Assembly (NCBI GenBank): GCA_036170915.1
Contig: JAVHQC010000006.1
Span: forward strand, 1 to 64,000
From: Cyanobacteria bacterium auto_48_18
GTDB lineage: Bacteria > Cyanobacteriota > Vampirovibrionia > Obscuribacterales > Obscuribacteraceae
Reading direction: 5' to 3'
Length of the DNA: 64,000 bases
This document shows, in pieces, positions 1 through 9,185 of the stretch. Position 1 is the stretch's first letter. The number at the start of each line of letters is the position of its first letter. The position numbers and the translations under genes were made by a program. Below the pieces are notes generated by a model. It was not told the origin of the DNA. It saw only the letters and a list, made by a program, of their open reading frames with translations, and made no database searches.

Positions 1-793
1 CACCAGGACCAGCAGGACCACCAGGGCCACCAGGACCACCAGGACCAGCAGGACCACCAGGACCTTGAGGACCACCAGGACCGTTAGGACCTAAAGGACC
101 AAGAGGACCACCAGGACCGATTGGTCCGGTGGGGCCGGCGTTAGTGGCACCAGGCGGGTTGGTTGCACCACCAGTAGCACCAATAGAAATTGGACCAGCA
201 GTGTTTGTGATTGGATAGGTATACAAACTTTGGAAACGAATTAAACCGTTGCCAACGCCCTGGTTAACCGAAGCATCATTGCCCATGTTGACTGAGAAGA
301 AAACAATTGGAGCAGGAATGCGTGCTACCAGAGTAGTACGTACACTAGCGAAAGGACCAGGAGTACCTGTGCTGGGTGGAGGTACGACACCATTGGCAGT
401 TGGGTTACCAGTTGATGTTGTACCAATTGGCCCGTTTGTACCAGTAGTTGTCGGCGCACCAGCGCCCCCGCCGGCTCCGAAGTCTTCATATGTTATCAAT
501 TGCGCGTCGAGAGACTGAATTACCGTGCCGTCGAAAGGGTGGGTGCCTATTGCTGCTTGCATTGCAGCGACGGCCTGACCCACGGTACCTTGCTGACCGG
601 CGGCTCTCGCACAGTCTTTACATGCTCTGTCGCACATATCGGCCGCAAACACGAGAACGGTAATGTTAAGAGCCAGTGCGCAGATAACAATTAAAATTGA
701 AACTACAGCACCAAGCTCGATGGCAGTAATACCCTTAAGCCGCTCTCTGAGCAACTTTCGGCTTGAAGGTACTGATTTTGGTTTATTAACCAC
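1..793 (-). CDS. TadE-like pseudopilin with C-terminal (Gly-Pro-X)n repeats; runs off the left edge; not in the ORF track
   Basis: Manual translation: SD (AGGAGG) then GTG at 793, giving MVNKPKSVPSSRKLLRERLKG|ITAIELGAVVSILIVICALALNITVLVFAADMCDRACKDCARAAG. It has a prepilin G|xxxxE motif, a hydrophobic helix and a TadE-like ARAA. The frame is open to base 1 and ends in GPTGPIGPGGPLGPLGPNGPGGPQGPGGPAGPG. Confidence 0.85.
   Translation of the reverse strand, partial: MVNKPKSVPSSRKLLRERLKGITAIELGAVVSILIVICALALNITVLVFAADMCDRACKDCARAAGQQGTVGQAVAAMQAAIGTHPFDGTVIQSLDAQLITYEDFGAGGGAGAPTTTGTNGPIGTTSTGNPTANGVVPPPSTGTPGPFASVRTTLVARIPAPIVFFSVNMGNDASVNQGVGNGLIRFQSLYTYPITNTAGPISIGATGGATNPPGATNAGPTGPIGPGGPLGPLGPNGPGGPQGPGGPAGPGGPGGPGGPAGPG
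2..136 (-). repeat. 15 consecutive Gly-Pro-X triplets (9-bp period), continuing past the window edge
   Basis: AGGACC recurs with 9-bp period on the + strand and translates to G-P-X on the - strand. Confidence 0.9.
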
Positions 794-872
794 GAACCGC
801 CTCCTGAAAAGGATGGTTACACGTATACATTTACTACCTTACCTGTCGTGCGTGAAGTGAGGGTGAATAAAC

Positions 873-907
873 TAAAAGCCGGTCTAAAAGATTTAGACCG
901 GCTTTTA
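873..907. terminator. Intrinsic terminator-like hairpin between the TadG-like and left TadE-like genes
   Basis: TAAAAGCCGGTCTAAA-aga-TTTAGACCGGCTTTTA: 16-bp perfect inverted repeat with T runs on both strands, just after the 931 stop. Confidence 0.8.
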
Positions 908-930
908 AGTTTTTCGTATGTCTCAGCTGT

Positions 931-3405
931 TTAACGCTGACCTTGTGTCAATCGTCTGGCAACAGCAGAGAACGCGTCTTTCACGGTACCAGCACTGGCG
1001 CAAGGGAAGAACTTGCCACCGTTACCTCCTGCACCGGCAAGACCGGTACTAGAGTTGCCCAGGAACACAGGCTGCTGGGCTTGCAGTACAGGGTTGCCTG
1101 TAACGTCAAGACCAATTGTGAAGACTGCGATACCGTCGTTCTTACAGGCCTGAGCAACAGTCAGAGATTGTGTTGCTTCGGTGCTGGCGATACCACCTGT
1201 AGGGATACCGTCTGTGAAGAACACGATGGCGTGTTTTCCAGCAGGGCGGTTATTGGACAGAGTGGCGATATCGTAGTTAGTGCCGTTGTGGAACATGGCA
1301 CGAGCTGTAGTCAGCGCTTCAGCTGTATCGGTCTGGTCAAGTGGACGACCATTCTCGAGACCGTTAGCCTGTGTGTTACTAGATAGTGCAGACCAAGGTG
1401 CGTTGTAAGCACCATTCAGAGTGACGCTGGACATACCACCAACGACAGCACCGAACGATACAGCCTGAGTATCAGCTTTGCGCAGCACTCGTCTCGGTTG
1501 CCTGAAACCTGAACCTGCTCCACCCGCGATAGCGGTGTTGTTCTCCGGACCGGCTGTGACCTGAGAGGTGAACATACATCTGATATTGCGGTTCGGCGCT
1601 CCAGCAAAGGAGGCGTCAATGTAGTAGCTGTTGTTAGAGTCAGATGCAGTTCCGTGAGCCGAACCATTGGTCTGGAAGTTAGGACCTGATGGTGAACTCA
1701 TGGCTTGTGCAGCGTTGGAGAAACCAACGAAACCAAAGCGGCAGTCGGTAAGTGAGTTGATCTTCTGGAAGAAACCGCCGTTAGCTCCGTCCATGGCTGT
1801 GGCGATCGGTTGCGAGTACAACATGGCCAGACGCTGGTAGGCGCGCTGGTAGTTAGCAGCACAATGGCCGCTGGTCAGTGCGGTGCTGACCTTGCTGGCA
1901 GCAGGGAAGATGGTGGTGTAAACACTACCTCTGTCAAGCAGAGCGTCATTGAAGTTGGTTGCACTGTCAAGGTTGCCGCGAGCTGCTTCGACTAATACTC
2001 CGAGATTTTCAAAACGGAAAGTCTGGCCAGCAAGAAGGCTATCTGGTTCTTGCGAAGGGAATGTAATGTCACCTGTGTCAACAAACGATTGAGGACCATT
2101 GAGGGGCTGAGTGTATGGCCAACCGCCAGGGTTGGCAATGTTGACCACAAGGTCTGTGAAGACGTGGGCATCAGCACCAGTGTTGACCTGCGCTTGATAG
2201 GTAATCACACCACTAGTGGTGGCAGGGTGCTCAGCTGGTTTGAAGGTAACACGGTTAGTATCATAAGCAGCATTGCCGTTGATACTACCATCATTGACTC
2301 TCATACCTGGCAAACTTTCGTTCCAGTAAGAACCATAACCGCCGTAAGCATTACCGTTACCCTGTGCAAGGGTACAGTTGCCTGGTGGTGTACCGAAATC
2401 TCTCTGCCATTTACTCGGTACTGGGCCGTTCGATATCGGACCGGTCACGCCTACACCAGCGAAAGGCAGTGTGTTGACACGCAAGTTTTTGTCGAGCACA
2501 TATTTGTTTCCGACTTGCGAGTCAGTGTTGTCGGCAGTGGCCAAACTCATAGGAGGAAGCACATTTAAAATCAAACCGTTAGGGTTGTTTGTGTAATTGT
2601 GGTTCAAGTAATCAGAAAGTCTATGGCTAGTGGCTGAAGGTGGTGGCACTTCAATGTAGTGCACAACACCATGGGCGGAGTCCTGAGCCTGGCCACTGTT
2701 CAGTGGAGCCATAGGAGCAGCAACGTTGTTGCTGTAGTTCGTGATATTTGCGCCACCGGTTTTGAGGACCGTTGAGTCCCATGTGCGTCTGACGAATGTG
2801 ACGTTAGTAGCGTCGTCCATGGAGCCTGAATTATCGAATACAAGCACTGCGTCAACTTGTGGCAAGCCACCACCTGAAGCCGCATTCAGACCAACTTTCT
2901 GAATACCAACAATGCCGAGAAATACTGGCTGATAGGTATAACCGGCATAACACATAATCGCCCGACCGTTGATGCAGTCTGGGAATGTAGGTGCCACACC
3001 TACGTACTGGTTCAACGGGTCGGCCAGGGCAATCATAACGTTGCAACTTGCCGGCGCACCCACAACACCAACCGCGCTGAGCGGGGTGACTACGGTGGCA
3101 CTGGCAAGGGATCTGCCAAGCATATTGCCCGCTCTAAACATGTTTGTGGCATAACCGCATGCCTGCGTCTGAGCCGCCCTTAGCTTGCTCGCCGTTGCAT
3201 CGTCATTGTCAATCGGTGCACTGGTAAGCATCGCGGTTCCCGCTAAAGAAGCGGCATCGCAAGTGGCCGTAAGTTCTCGCTGGGCCATCTGCAATCGACT
3301 TGAGTCGAAGGCAAAGAAGCCAATCAGCATAATAAACATAAAGAGTGCCAATACAAGGCCCGTAACGGCCGCACCCTTTTGATTTCTTATCCTTCGCTCA
3401 TTCAT
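931..3405 (-). CDS. TadG-like pilus protein with a split vWA domain (824 aa)
   Basis: N-terminal KG|AAVTGLVLALFMFIMLIGFFAFD...RELTATCDAASLAG is TadG-type. vWA elements: VLVFDNSGSM (MIDAS), RFGFVGFS, TDTAEAL, AIVFFTDG, VFTIGL. Confidence 0.85.
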   Translation of the reverse strand: MNERRIRNQKGAAVTGLVLALFMFIMLIGFFAFDSSRLQMAQRELTATCDAASLAGTAMLTSAPIDNDDATASKLRAAQTQACGYATNMFRAGNMLGRSLASATVVTPLSAVGVVGAPASCNVMIALADPLNQYVGVAPTFPDCINGRAIMCYAGYTYQPVFLGIVGIQKVGLNAASGGGLPQVDAVLVFDNSGSMDDATNVTFVRRTWDSTVLKTGGANITNYSNNVAAPMAPLNSGQAQDSAHGVVHYIEVPPPSATSHRLSDYLNHNYTNNPNGLILNVLPPMSLATADNTDSQVGNKYVLDKNLRVNTLPFAGVGVTGPISNGPVPSKWQRDFGTPPGNCTLAQGNGNAYGGYGSYWNESLPGMRVNDGSINGNAAYDTNRVTFKPAEHPATTSGVITYQAQVNTGADAHVFTDLVVNIANPGGWPYTQPLNGPQSFVDTGDITFPSQEPDSLLAGQTFRFENLGVLVEAARGNLDSATNFNDALLDRGSVYTTIFPAASKVSTALTSGHCAANYQRAYQRLAMLYSQPIATAMDGANGGFFQKINSLTDCRFGFVGFSNAAQAMSSPSGPNFQTNGSAHGTASDSNNSYYIDASFAGAPNRNIRCMFTSQVTAGPENNTAIAGGAGSGFRQPRRVLRKADTQAVSFGAVVGGMSSVTLNGAYNAPWSALSSNTQANGLENGRPLDQTDTAEALTTARAMFHNGTNYDIATLSNNRPAGKHAIVFFTDGIPTGGIASTEATQSLTVAQACKNDGIAVFTIGLDVTGNPVLQAQQPVFLGNSSTGLAGAGGNGGKFFPCASAGTVKDAFSAVARRLTQGQR

Positions 3406-3456
3406 TTTTTTATCATCCCTGTGGCGTTTAATCAGCTTGCAAGCAAAAAACTGTTT

Positions 3457-4041
3457 TTAGAATTGAAGTCCAGGTGGATTTTCAAACTGGGCTTCCGAAC
3501 TCACCCGCATGAACATCGGGCTGGTGAGACCTTGGATGTTGAACCATGGTACTGGTATAAGTGGGTCTACCTGACCATTGATGGTGACTCTCAGACTGCA
3601 GACATATTGGTCGACGTCTGGAATATTGCCCATACCCAATGGTGTTGGTCCAATCACGTCAGGCAATGCCGGCGCTCCAGAGCCAGGAATAACTGCTCGA
3701 ATAATGCGCACTTCAGGATTGGTGGGCGTGGTTGTCCAGTTAACCCCAGGGAACATGCCTCTGACCTGGGCGGCACGAGCTTGAGCAGTGGCAAATGCAC
3801 CAGGGTATGGTGTTCCTGATGGCTCAGGGACATAAACCAGAGTGTTAAACGTTTTGGCTTTAGCTGCCAGCATGGTGGCCTGGTTGCAAGCGAACCACAA
3901 GAAAAAGGCACGCATGCCGCAGGCGCCTAAATTAAGCACCGGGAAAAATATAAAAAGGAAGAGCACATACATTGTCGCGACGTATTCCGCCGCCATGGCC
4001 CCTTTAGTCTTTCTCCGCCCTGATCTCGATTTGACCATCAC
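3457..4041 (-). CDS. TadE-like pseudopilin
   Basis: Basic leader, KG|AMAAEY prepilin motif and hydrophobic helix; directly upstream of the TadG-like gene. Confidence 0.75.
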   Translation of the reverse strand: MMVKSRSGRRKTKGAMAAEYVATMYVLFLFIFFPVLNLGACGMRAFFLWFACNQATMLAAKAKTFNTLVYVPEPSGTPYPGAFATAQARAAQVRGMFPGVNWTTTPTNPEVRIIRAVIPGSGAPALPDVIGPTPLGMGNIPDVDQYVCSLRVTINGQVDPLIPVPWFNIQGLTSPMFMRVSSEAQFENPPGLQF

Positions 4042-4170
4042 AATCTACCGTCCGTTAGCTGTTTGCTGCATGGCTACCCAATTACCTTCTATACAATGTG
4101 CCCTTGGTAAGCTGATATCTATCTCTCACGGCAAGATTGCGGTCAGAGTAGAGGAGTGAACCTTATCTAT

Positions 4171-4200
4171 AACGTAGCATGCCAAAAAAGAGCCTGTCAA
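4171..4200 (-). promoter_or_regulatory. Candidate sigma70 promoter for the pseudopilin cluster
   Basis: Minus strand TTGACA-18 bp-TACGTT with an extended -10 TG, about 130 nt upstream of 4041. Confidence 0.45.
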
Positions 4201-4280
4201 CTGGACAGAAACCTCACAGATTGGCAATTTCACCCAATTGTCAAGTAGCCTTATGATTACCCGAAAAGTTAGTAGTTTTC

Positions 4281-4994
4281 CTATGGAGCCCCAGGGGTGA
4301 TTAAGATTGGCTTGTGACCGACTTCATCCGTGGCTTGCTGGCTAACTCCTTCTGTGCTGCCTCCCCTGAAAGCTTCTCTTCTATAAAGCTCAGCATCAAT
4401 TACACCTTGTTTAAGAGCGGCGTAGTATTTCTTTACAACCTTGTCTTTGGTTTGAGCATTTCCTAAATCAACTTGCTCCATGGCTTTGCTGAACTGCCCC
4501 ATTTCGGCCAGGCACTTCACCGCACCACCACGGGCAGCGTCATAGCCTGGTGACTGCGCTAAAGATTGCTGATAACAGCTCAGGGCGTGATTGGCAGCGC
4601 CTGCACCAAAATAAGCGTCTCCAAAAATGTACCAGTCAAAAGGGCTCGGTTCAGTCAGCTTGTTCAGTTCTTGCATCTGTTTCAACGCCGAAGTATAGGC
4701 ACGAGATCTAACCATGGCATAGGCCAGATAACGCCTTGCAGTAATCGATTCTGGATCTATTTGCAAGGCTCTGTTCAAAACCTTAATTGCCTTGTCGCTC
4801 TCGCCTCGAGCTAAAGCAGTGTAGCCTTCGTTAATCAGGGGCAGTATTTTTTCGTTAACCATTTTTACTGCCGGTTGACCTTCGGCAGAGGTGACCACGG
4901 GCTGCTCTGCAGGTTCATCTGCTTTCGCGCTCTGGCAAATAAATAAAGGCACCAGACATAAGCCGGCTAATAAAATAGCTTTGGACAAACCCAT
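4281..4994 (-). CDS. Exported TPR protein
   Basis: Signal peptide (AKA|DE) and TPR-like helices (KAIKVLNRALQIDPE; ALSCYQQSLAQSPG). Confidence 0.8.
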   Translation of the reverse strand: MGLSKAILLAGLCLVPLFICQSAKADEPAEQPVVTSAEGQPAVKMVNEKILPLINEGYTALARGESDKAIKVLNRALQIDPESITARRYLAYAMVRSRAYTSALKQMQELNKLTEPSPFDWYIFGDAYFGAGAANHALSCYQQSLAQSPGYDAARGGAVKCLAEMGQFSKAMEQVDLGNAQTKDKVVKKYYAALKQGVIDAELYRREAFRGGSTEGVSQQATDEVGHKPILITPGAP

Positions 4995-5166
4995 CTTCTA
5001 CTCCGTATCTATTTGCTACCTGATGGTGTGAAAGCACTACCGGCGCGATTTTAGCATTTTAGCTTGAGAGTTGGTTGGCATCGTTAATTTGGGTAGAGTT
5101 AGATAGGGAACAGATATCTGTGGGGAGCTGCTGCACCTGAAATTTGGCAATATTCGAAGACTGACA

Positions 5167-5931
5167 GTGTTCTACTGGCTGATTGCGGTGACTGTATTGT
5201 CATGGTCTTTCTGCATGCTTTACATCTACTCATGGAAGTACAACTGGGCCGGTAAAACCGGTGAGGAAGCCACAGCCAAAAGAGAAGAAAAAGCGCTGCG
5301 GGCAAATATTCAAGCTCTAGAAGAAATGGATGCCCCTGAAGACGATATTTTGAATGCGCGCATCAAGCTTTCGAACAGATTATTGCAGTCAGAAAAATAC
5401 ATGGAAGCCCGCGATGTCCTTTGCGACGGCGAGGTTAGACTAATCAAGCAGGCAGCAGTCAATGACGCTTCCCAATCACTTTTGCTTAAACGTGTTGAGC
5501 TTCAGAGATTGACTGCTATAGCTCATCGGCAGGCATTAAATTATCCGGCAGCGGCTGAGAAATATGAGCAAGCTGCAAAAGTTCTGTCTACTGCCGACCA
5601 GGACGACGACAATGTCAAATTTACTAAACTGGCCCTGCTTAATGATCAGGCGGTGCTGGAATACATTTGGGCCAATGCGTCAAAAGAAGCAAGCGCAAGA
5701 AAGGCGCACTTTGTCGCTGCCGAAGGAAAATTTCAAAAGTGTCTGGCCGAGTGCCGATTTCGCTTGAGCGAAACTGCGGGCGGTGAACAAGACTATTTGA
5801 GATATAAGAGATTAGCCAAGTTGAGCGCCAATAACTGGGCGGAATTATTGAAAGACCTTGATCGCGGCGACGAAATTGAGGCCATTCATAACATGGCCGA
5901 TGAAGTGATCAAGATTAAGCGCGGTGCCTGA
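5167..5931 (+). CDS. Membrane-anchored all-helical (TPR-like) hypothetical protein; start uncertain
   Basis: 254-aa ORF with an N-terminal hydrophobic segment and helical repeats (AAAEKYEQAAKVL). Confidence 0.65.
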   Translation: MFYWLIAVTVLSWSFCMLYIYSWKYNWAGKTGEEATAKREEKALRANIQALEEMDAPEDDILNARIKLSNRLLQSEKYMEARDVLCDGEVRLIKQAAVNDASQSLLLKRVELQRLTAIAHRQALNYPAAAEKYEQAAKVLSTADQDDDNVKFTKLALLNDQAVLEYIWANASKEASARKAHFVAAEGKFQKCLAECRFRLSETAGGEQDYLRYKRLAKLSANNWAELLKDLDRGDEIEAIHNMADEVIKIKRGA

Positions 5932-6841
5932 ATTTGTTGCGCATAGAAGTTAGTAGTCGCGCCAGATCTTGATTATCGATGAAAAGCACGTAGCTTACTA
6001 TCATCAGCCACTCAAACAAAGGAATATTCATTGACCAATCTATGGTGATATGAAAAATCACAGCCATAGCAATGACCCAGTAGCGAAATTCCTTGATCCA
6101 GATTAGCGTCCAGAGAGAGCATTCGAGAATCAGAGTAGACCAGCTTAGAAACGCGACAGTAAATCGGTTTTCGAAAATAAATGGAATTGGCAGTCTTCGT
6201 AAATCTTCCAGACGAGAAGAGGTGAAGACTGCGGTGCCGTCCATCCATGGGCCTCCGACAATTTTACAGAAGAAGGCATGGCAATAAACCGTGCATAGTT
6301 GCAGCTGCAGCAGGCGCAAAGGCCAGATGGAGACTGGTTTGTAATTATCAAAATTGGCTTCTTCGTTGCGTCTTTTTTTCAGGCCGTCAATTGCTAGCGC
6401 GTCTCCCGAAGCAGAAAAAATCAGCCAGAAAGTTGATACGCGCAAATAGGTATCGCCAGAGTTGAATATAAAAGGATCACGGTGATATAGAGTGGTCAAA
6501 CAAATGAAACAAGCTGCTGCAGCCAGTCTTGTTTTGTATCCGAGAGTGAGAGCCACTGCCGCCAGGAAAAAAAAGCAGTGAAATGCCACCAGAAATTTGT
6601 CGTTGTCGGGAAAAAAGGACAAAACATTGAGGAAAACCGCTCTGCCGTTTACCCAGTCGGCAACTGCCTGGTTGGAACAGATGCCCTGAGAACCGAAGTA
6701 GACAAAAAGGTCTGGAATTAGAAGCAGCACAAATATGATGGTGATCAGGCCGAGTAAAATGCGGTAGATTGCCACTGATAGCGGTGAAGTTTCGCTGTAC
6801 CAGAATTCGTTCCAGGCAGCTAAAATGACACTCAGTCTCAT
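5915..6841 (-). CDS. HTTM-domain membrane protein (SdpB/VKG-carboxylase-like)
   Basis: SVAIYRILLG, LGYKTR, LRLLQLQLCTVY...K..G.WMDGTAV and FHITI motifs; multiple TM helices. Confidence 0.8.
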   Translation of the reverse strand: MRLSVILAAWNEFWYSETSPLSVAIYRILLGLITIIFVLLLIPDLFVYFGSQGICSNQAVADWVNGRAVFLNVLSFFPDNDKFLVAFHCFFFLAAVALTLGYKTRLAAAACFICLTTLYHRDPFIFNSGDTYLRVSTFWLIFSASGDALAIDGLKKRRNEEANFDNYKPVSIWPLRLLQLQLCTVYCHAFFCKIVGGPWMDGTAVFTSSRLEDLRRLPIPFIFENRFTVAFLSWSTLILECSLWTLIWIKEFRYWVIAMAVIFHITIDWSMNIPLFEWLMIVSYVLFIDNQDLARLLTSMRNKFRHRA

Positions 6842-7452
6842 TTTACTTTCACCCCGGTCAGATCTTCCGGTTTAACGGTGTAAACAATCAAAGACTTGGC
6901 TTCAGATTGGGGCAAATTGGGCTTGCCCAGGCCTTGTTCCATAGGTAGCACCTTTGAGTGAAAACGAATCAGTGAAACAAGCATAGGTGGATTATTGGGA
7001 TCGTCGTAACTAATGCGCGCCACATATTTGGCAATTTCCGGCCAGAGTAGTGGAGTGCCCCAGCCGTTATCGTTGAAAAATTTGCGATAGCGTTCTTTGG
7101 CAATTTTGGTGAAAAAGTCGAGCCTTTCCATGCGCGGATAAGTCCACAGTCTGGTAGTACCGTCTGTATAGGTGATGATAGCCGTCAGGTGGGAATTAGT
7201 TTCGCGTGGGCCTGGGGCAAAGACATTCCAGGACTGCTCTAACCCAAGAAAAGTATAGTAACCAAAAAAAAAGTGGTTGATATTGTTTATATAAGGATGG
7301 TTATTGAAGAGGTAACAGTAATTGAGAACACCATGAAAAATGATGAACGTGTTGATAATCGGCTTTCTGATACGCGCCCACTCTTGCGGACTGAGAAGTT
7401 CGCTTAAAAGTGACTGATTGGAGCGCTTTTCTGAATTATCGTGATTAGGCAA
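6838..7452 (-). CDS. SdpA/DUF5819-like membrane-anchored protein
   Basis: QSWNVFAPGP motif; 4-bp overlap with the HTTM gene suggests translational coupling. Confidence 0.65.
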   Translation of the reverse strand: MPNHDNSEKRSNQSLLSELLSPQEWARIRKPIINTFIIFHGVLNYCYLFNNHPYINNINHFFFGYYTFLGLEQSWNVFAPGPRETNSHLTAIITYTDGTTRLWTYPRMERLDFFTKIAKERYRKFFNDNGWGTPLLWPEIAKYVARISYDDPNNPPMLVSLIRFHSKVLPMEQGLGKPNLPQSEAKSLIVYTVKPEDLTGVKVK

Positions 7453-7477
7453 TTACAACACTGCCTTTAAGACAGGA

Positions 7478-8230
7478 TTATTTATGGGCGTCTTCGAGTG
7501 CTTTAACATCGGCCTTAACGACTTTGATTTCGCCAAACTTCTTCTCAAATGTCAGCGTGTCGATCAGCTGGTAATAACACAAGCGATGCCAATTCCAGTC
7601 TACCTGACCGGCTGGCGCGCCGGCCGCAATATTAATTGCTTTGCGCAGTTGTTTTTCCGCTTCGGGGAAGTTGCGCAGTGCCTTATAGCCCAGGCCTTGG
7701 TGCAAATGCACGTTGAAGAAGAGCATTGGCAAAGGCCGCTTTTCAGGCGGCTGTTTATAGAAAATATGGCTGGCGATGATGGCATATTTCATGGCTTCAG
7801 TCTCTTTGCCTTGCATGTGAAGACAATTATTGAGACGTACACAATACTGGCCAAGTCTGGTTTCACCGGCGGCAGATTTAACTGCTTCATCTAATTTAGA
7901 CTTTAAGACCTTTTCGCCCTCAGCAGGTTTGAGCAGATCTCTGAGCTTTTTGCCTTTGACAAATTCTTCTTCGGGAAATTTGACTGAAGTGTCAGGCGTG
8001 CCATCTACAAATCTCTTTTCTTCTTCAGGAGTGACAAAAGACTCCTCACCTTTAAATTTGACACCAGGAACGCTGGCTGGACTTGTCTTTGAGCCGGTAG
8101 TTGTGCTGGTGGTGCCACCAGGAGTAGATGAAGGCTCCGAACATCCGGTGAGGCCAAGGGGAATGCTTACAGCCATGAGGCATAGTAAAAACGGCAGTGC
8201 TTTTTGGGCTCGATCTTTGCGAAGACGCAT
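7478..8230 (-). CDS. Lipoprotein with TPR-like C-terminal region
   Basis: Lipobox LTG|C, Ser/Thr/Pro linker, and helices such as EAEKQLRKAINIA. Confidence 0.75.
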   Translation of the reverse strand: MRLRKDRAQKALPFLLCLMAVSIPLGLTGCSEPSSTPGGTTSTTTGSKTSPASVPGVKFKGEESFVTPEEEKRFVDGTPDTSVKFPEEEFVKGKKLRDLLKPAEGEKVLKSKLDEAVKSAAGETRLGQYCVRLNNCLHMQGKETEAMKYAIIASHIFYKQPPEKRPLPMLFFNVHLHQGLGYKALRNFPEAEKQLRKAINIAAGAPAGQVDWNWHRLCYYQLIDTLTFEKKFGEIKVVKADVKALEDAHK

Positions 8231-8440
8231 CTATTCCCCTACTTTCTAATTAGCCTAAGGACGCCATTAGGTAAATATCTTATTTTAGAATCTAGAAAAT
8301 CATAACTCATATTGTGGCTTATTACGGCCAATATTTTGGGCGGTTGCAAGTAGCCGCCTGCAGGCCGGTTACGGCCGATGCCAGAGCCTTGATCTTGGCG
8401 GCAAAAAATCGCATGTGCTTATCAAGTGTATATGTGTTCG

Positions 8441-9184
8441 CTATTTGGGTGACTTCAATTTGTCATTTAGATTCAAAAGCAAGCCACGCAATAGATCAAA
8501 TTCGCGCTGGTTGGGTCGCATTTTTTGCAGGGCACCACGTATTTGCACCTTTACCTTTTCACTATTAAAGCGGCGCGAAAAATCGGCTTTATCCATAAGT
8601 TCGGCCAGCAGCTCCATGAGCTCATCTTCGCTTTCGCCTGGGGGTAAAATTTCAGCTTCAGCAGCTGAAGATGCGGCGGTCGAATGCCTAACGCCTTCCG
8701 TTCTGCTTAACTCGTATGCCACTATACCCAGTGCCTGAGCCAGATTGAGACTAACAAAAGTTTCTTCAGTGGGAATGGTTATCAGTTCGTGGCAGCGGGC
8801 AATTTCGTCACTGGTAAGACCATTTCTTTCGTTACCAAAGACAAAAGCAATTTTGTTAGCAACGGTGTAGTTGCGCTCTTCAACTTCTTCCACCACTGTG
8901 GCTAGAGGTTTGGGAATATCTTTGCGTTGCTGGCAAGACGATGTTGAAAAGGCCAGGTTGACGTCGGTGAGGGCGGCCGACAGGCTGTCTTCAACTCTGG
9001 CTTTCTTCAATACGTCAAAAGCGTCTACCGCCATTTTTCGCGCTTCGGCATCGAGATAATTGCGTGGTGGATTAACCAGACGCAAATTGTTGAAACCAAA
9101 ATTCTTCATCACCCTGGCGGTCGAACCGATATTACCTAAAAAGCTGGGTCTGACCAGCACAAAAATAACGTTCTCTTTGAGCAT
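8441..9184 (-). CDS. trmJ: TrmJ/TrmH-family SPOUT RNA methyltransferase
   Basis: GNIGSTARVMKNFG, FVFGNERNGL and SLNLAQA motifs. Confidence 0.9.
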   Translation of the reverse strand: MLKENVIFVLVRPSFLGNIGSTARVMKNFGFNNLRLVNPPRNYLDAEARKMAVDAFDVLKKARVEDSLSAALTDVNLAFSTSSCQQRKDIPKPLATVVEEVEERNYTVANKIAFVFGNERNGLTSDEIARCHELITIPTEETFVSLNLAQALGIVAYELSRTEGVRHSTAASSAAEAEILPPGESEDELMELLAELMDKADFSRRFNSEKVKVQIRGALQKMRPNQREFDLLRGLLLNLNDKLKSPK

Positions 9185-9185
9185 G

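Noticed and set aside
249..860. Four short + strand ORFs in the track
   Set aside because: They are shadows of the - strand pseudopilin CDS 1..793, which has an SD and a recognisable motif.
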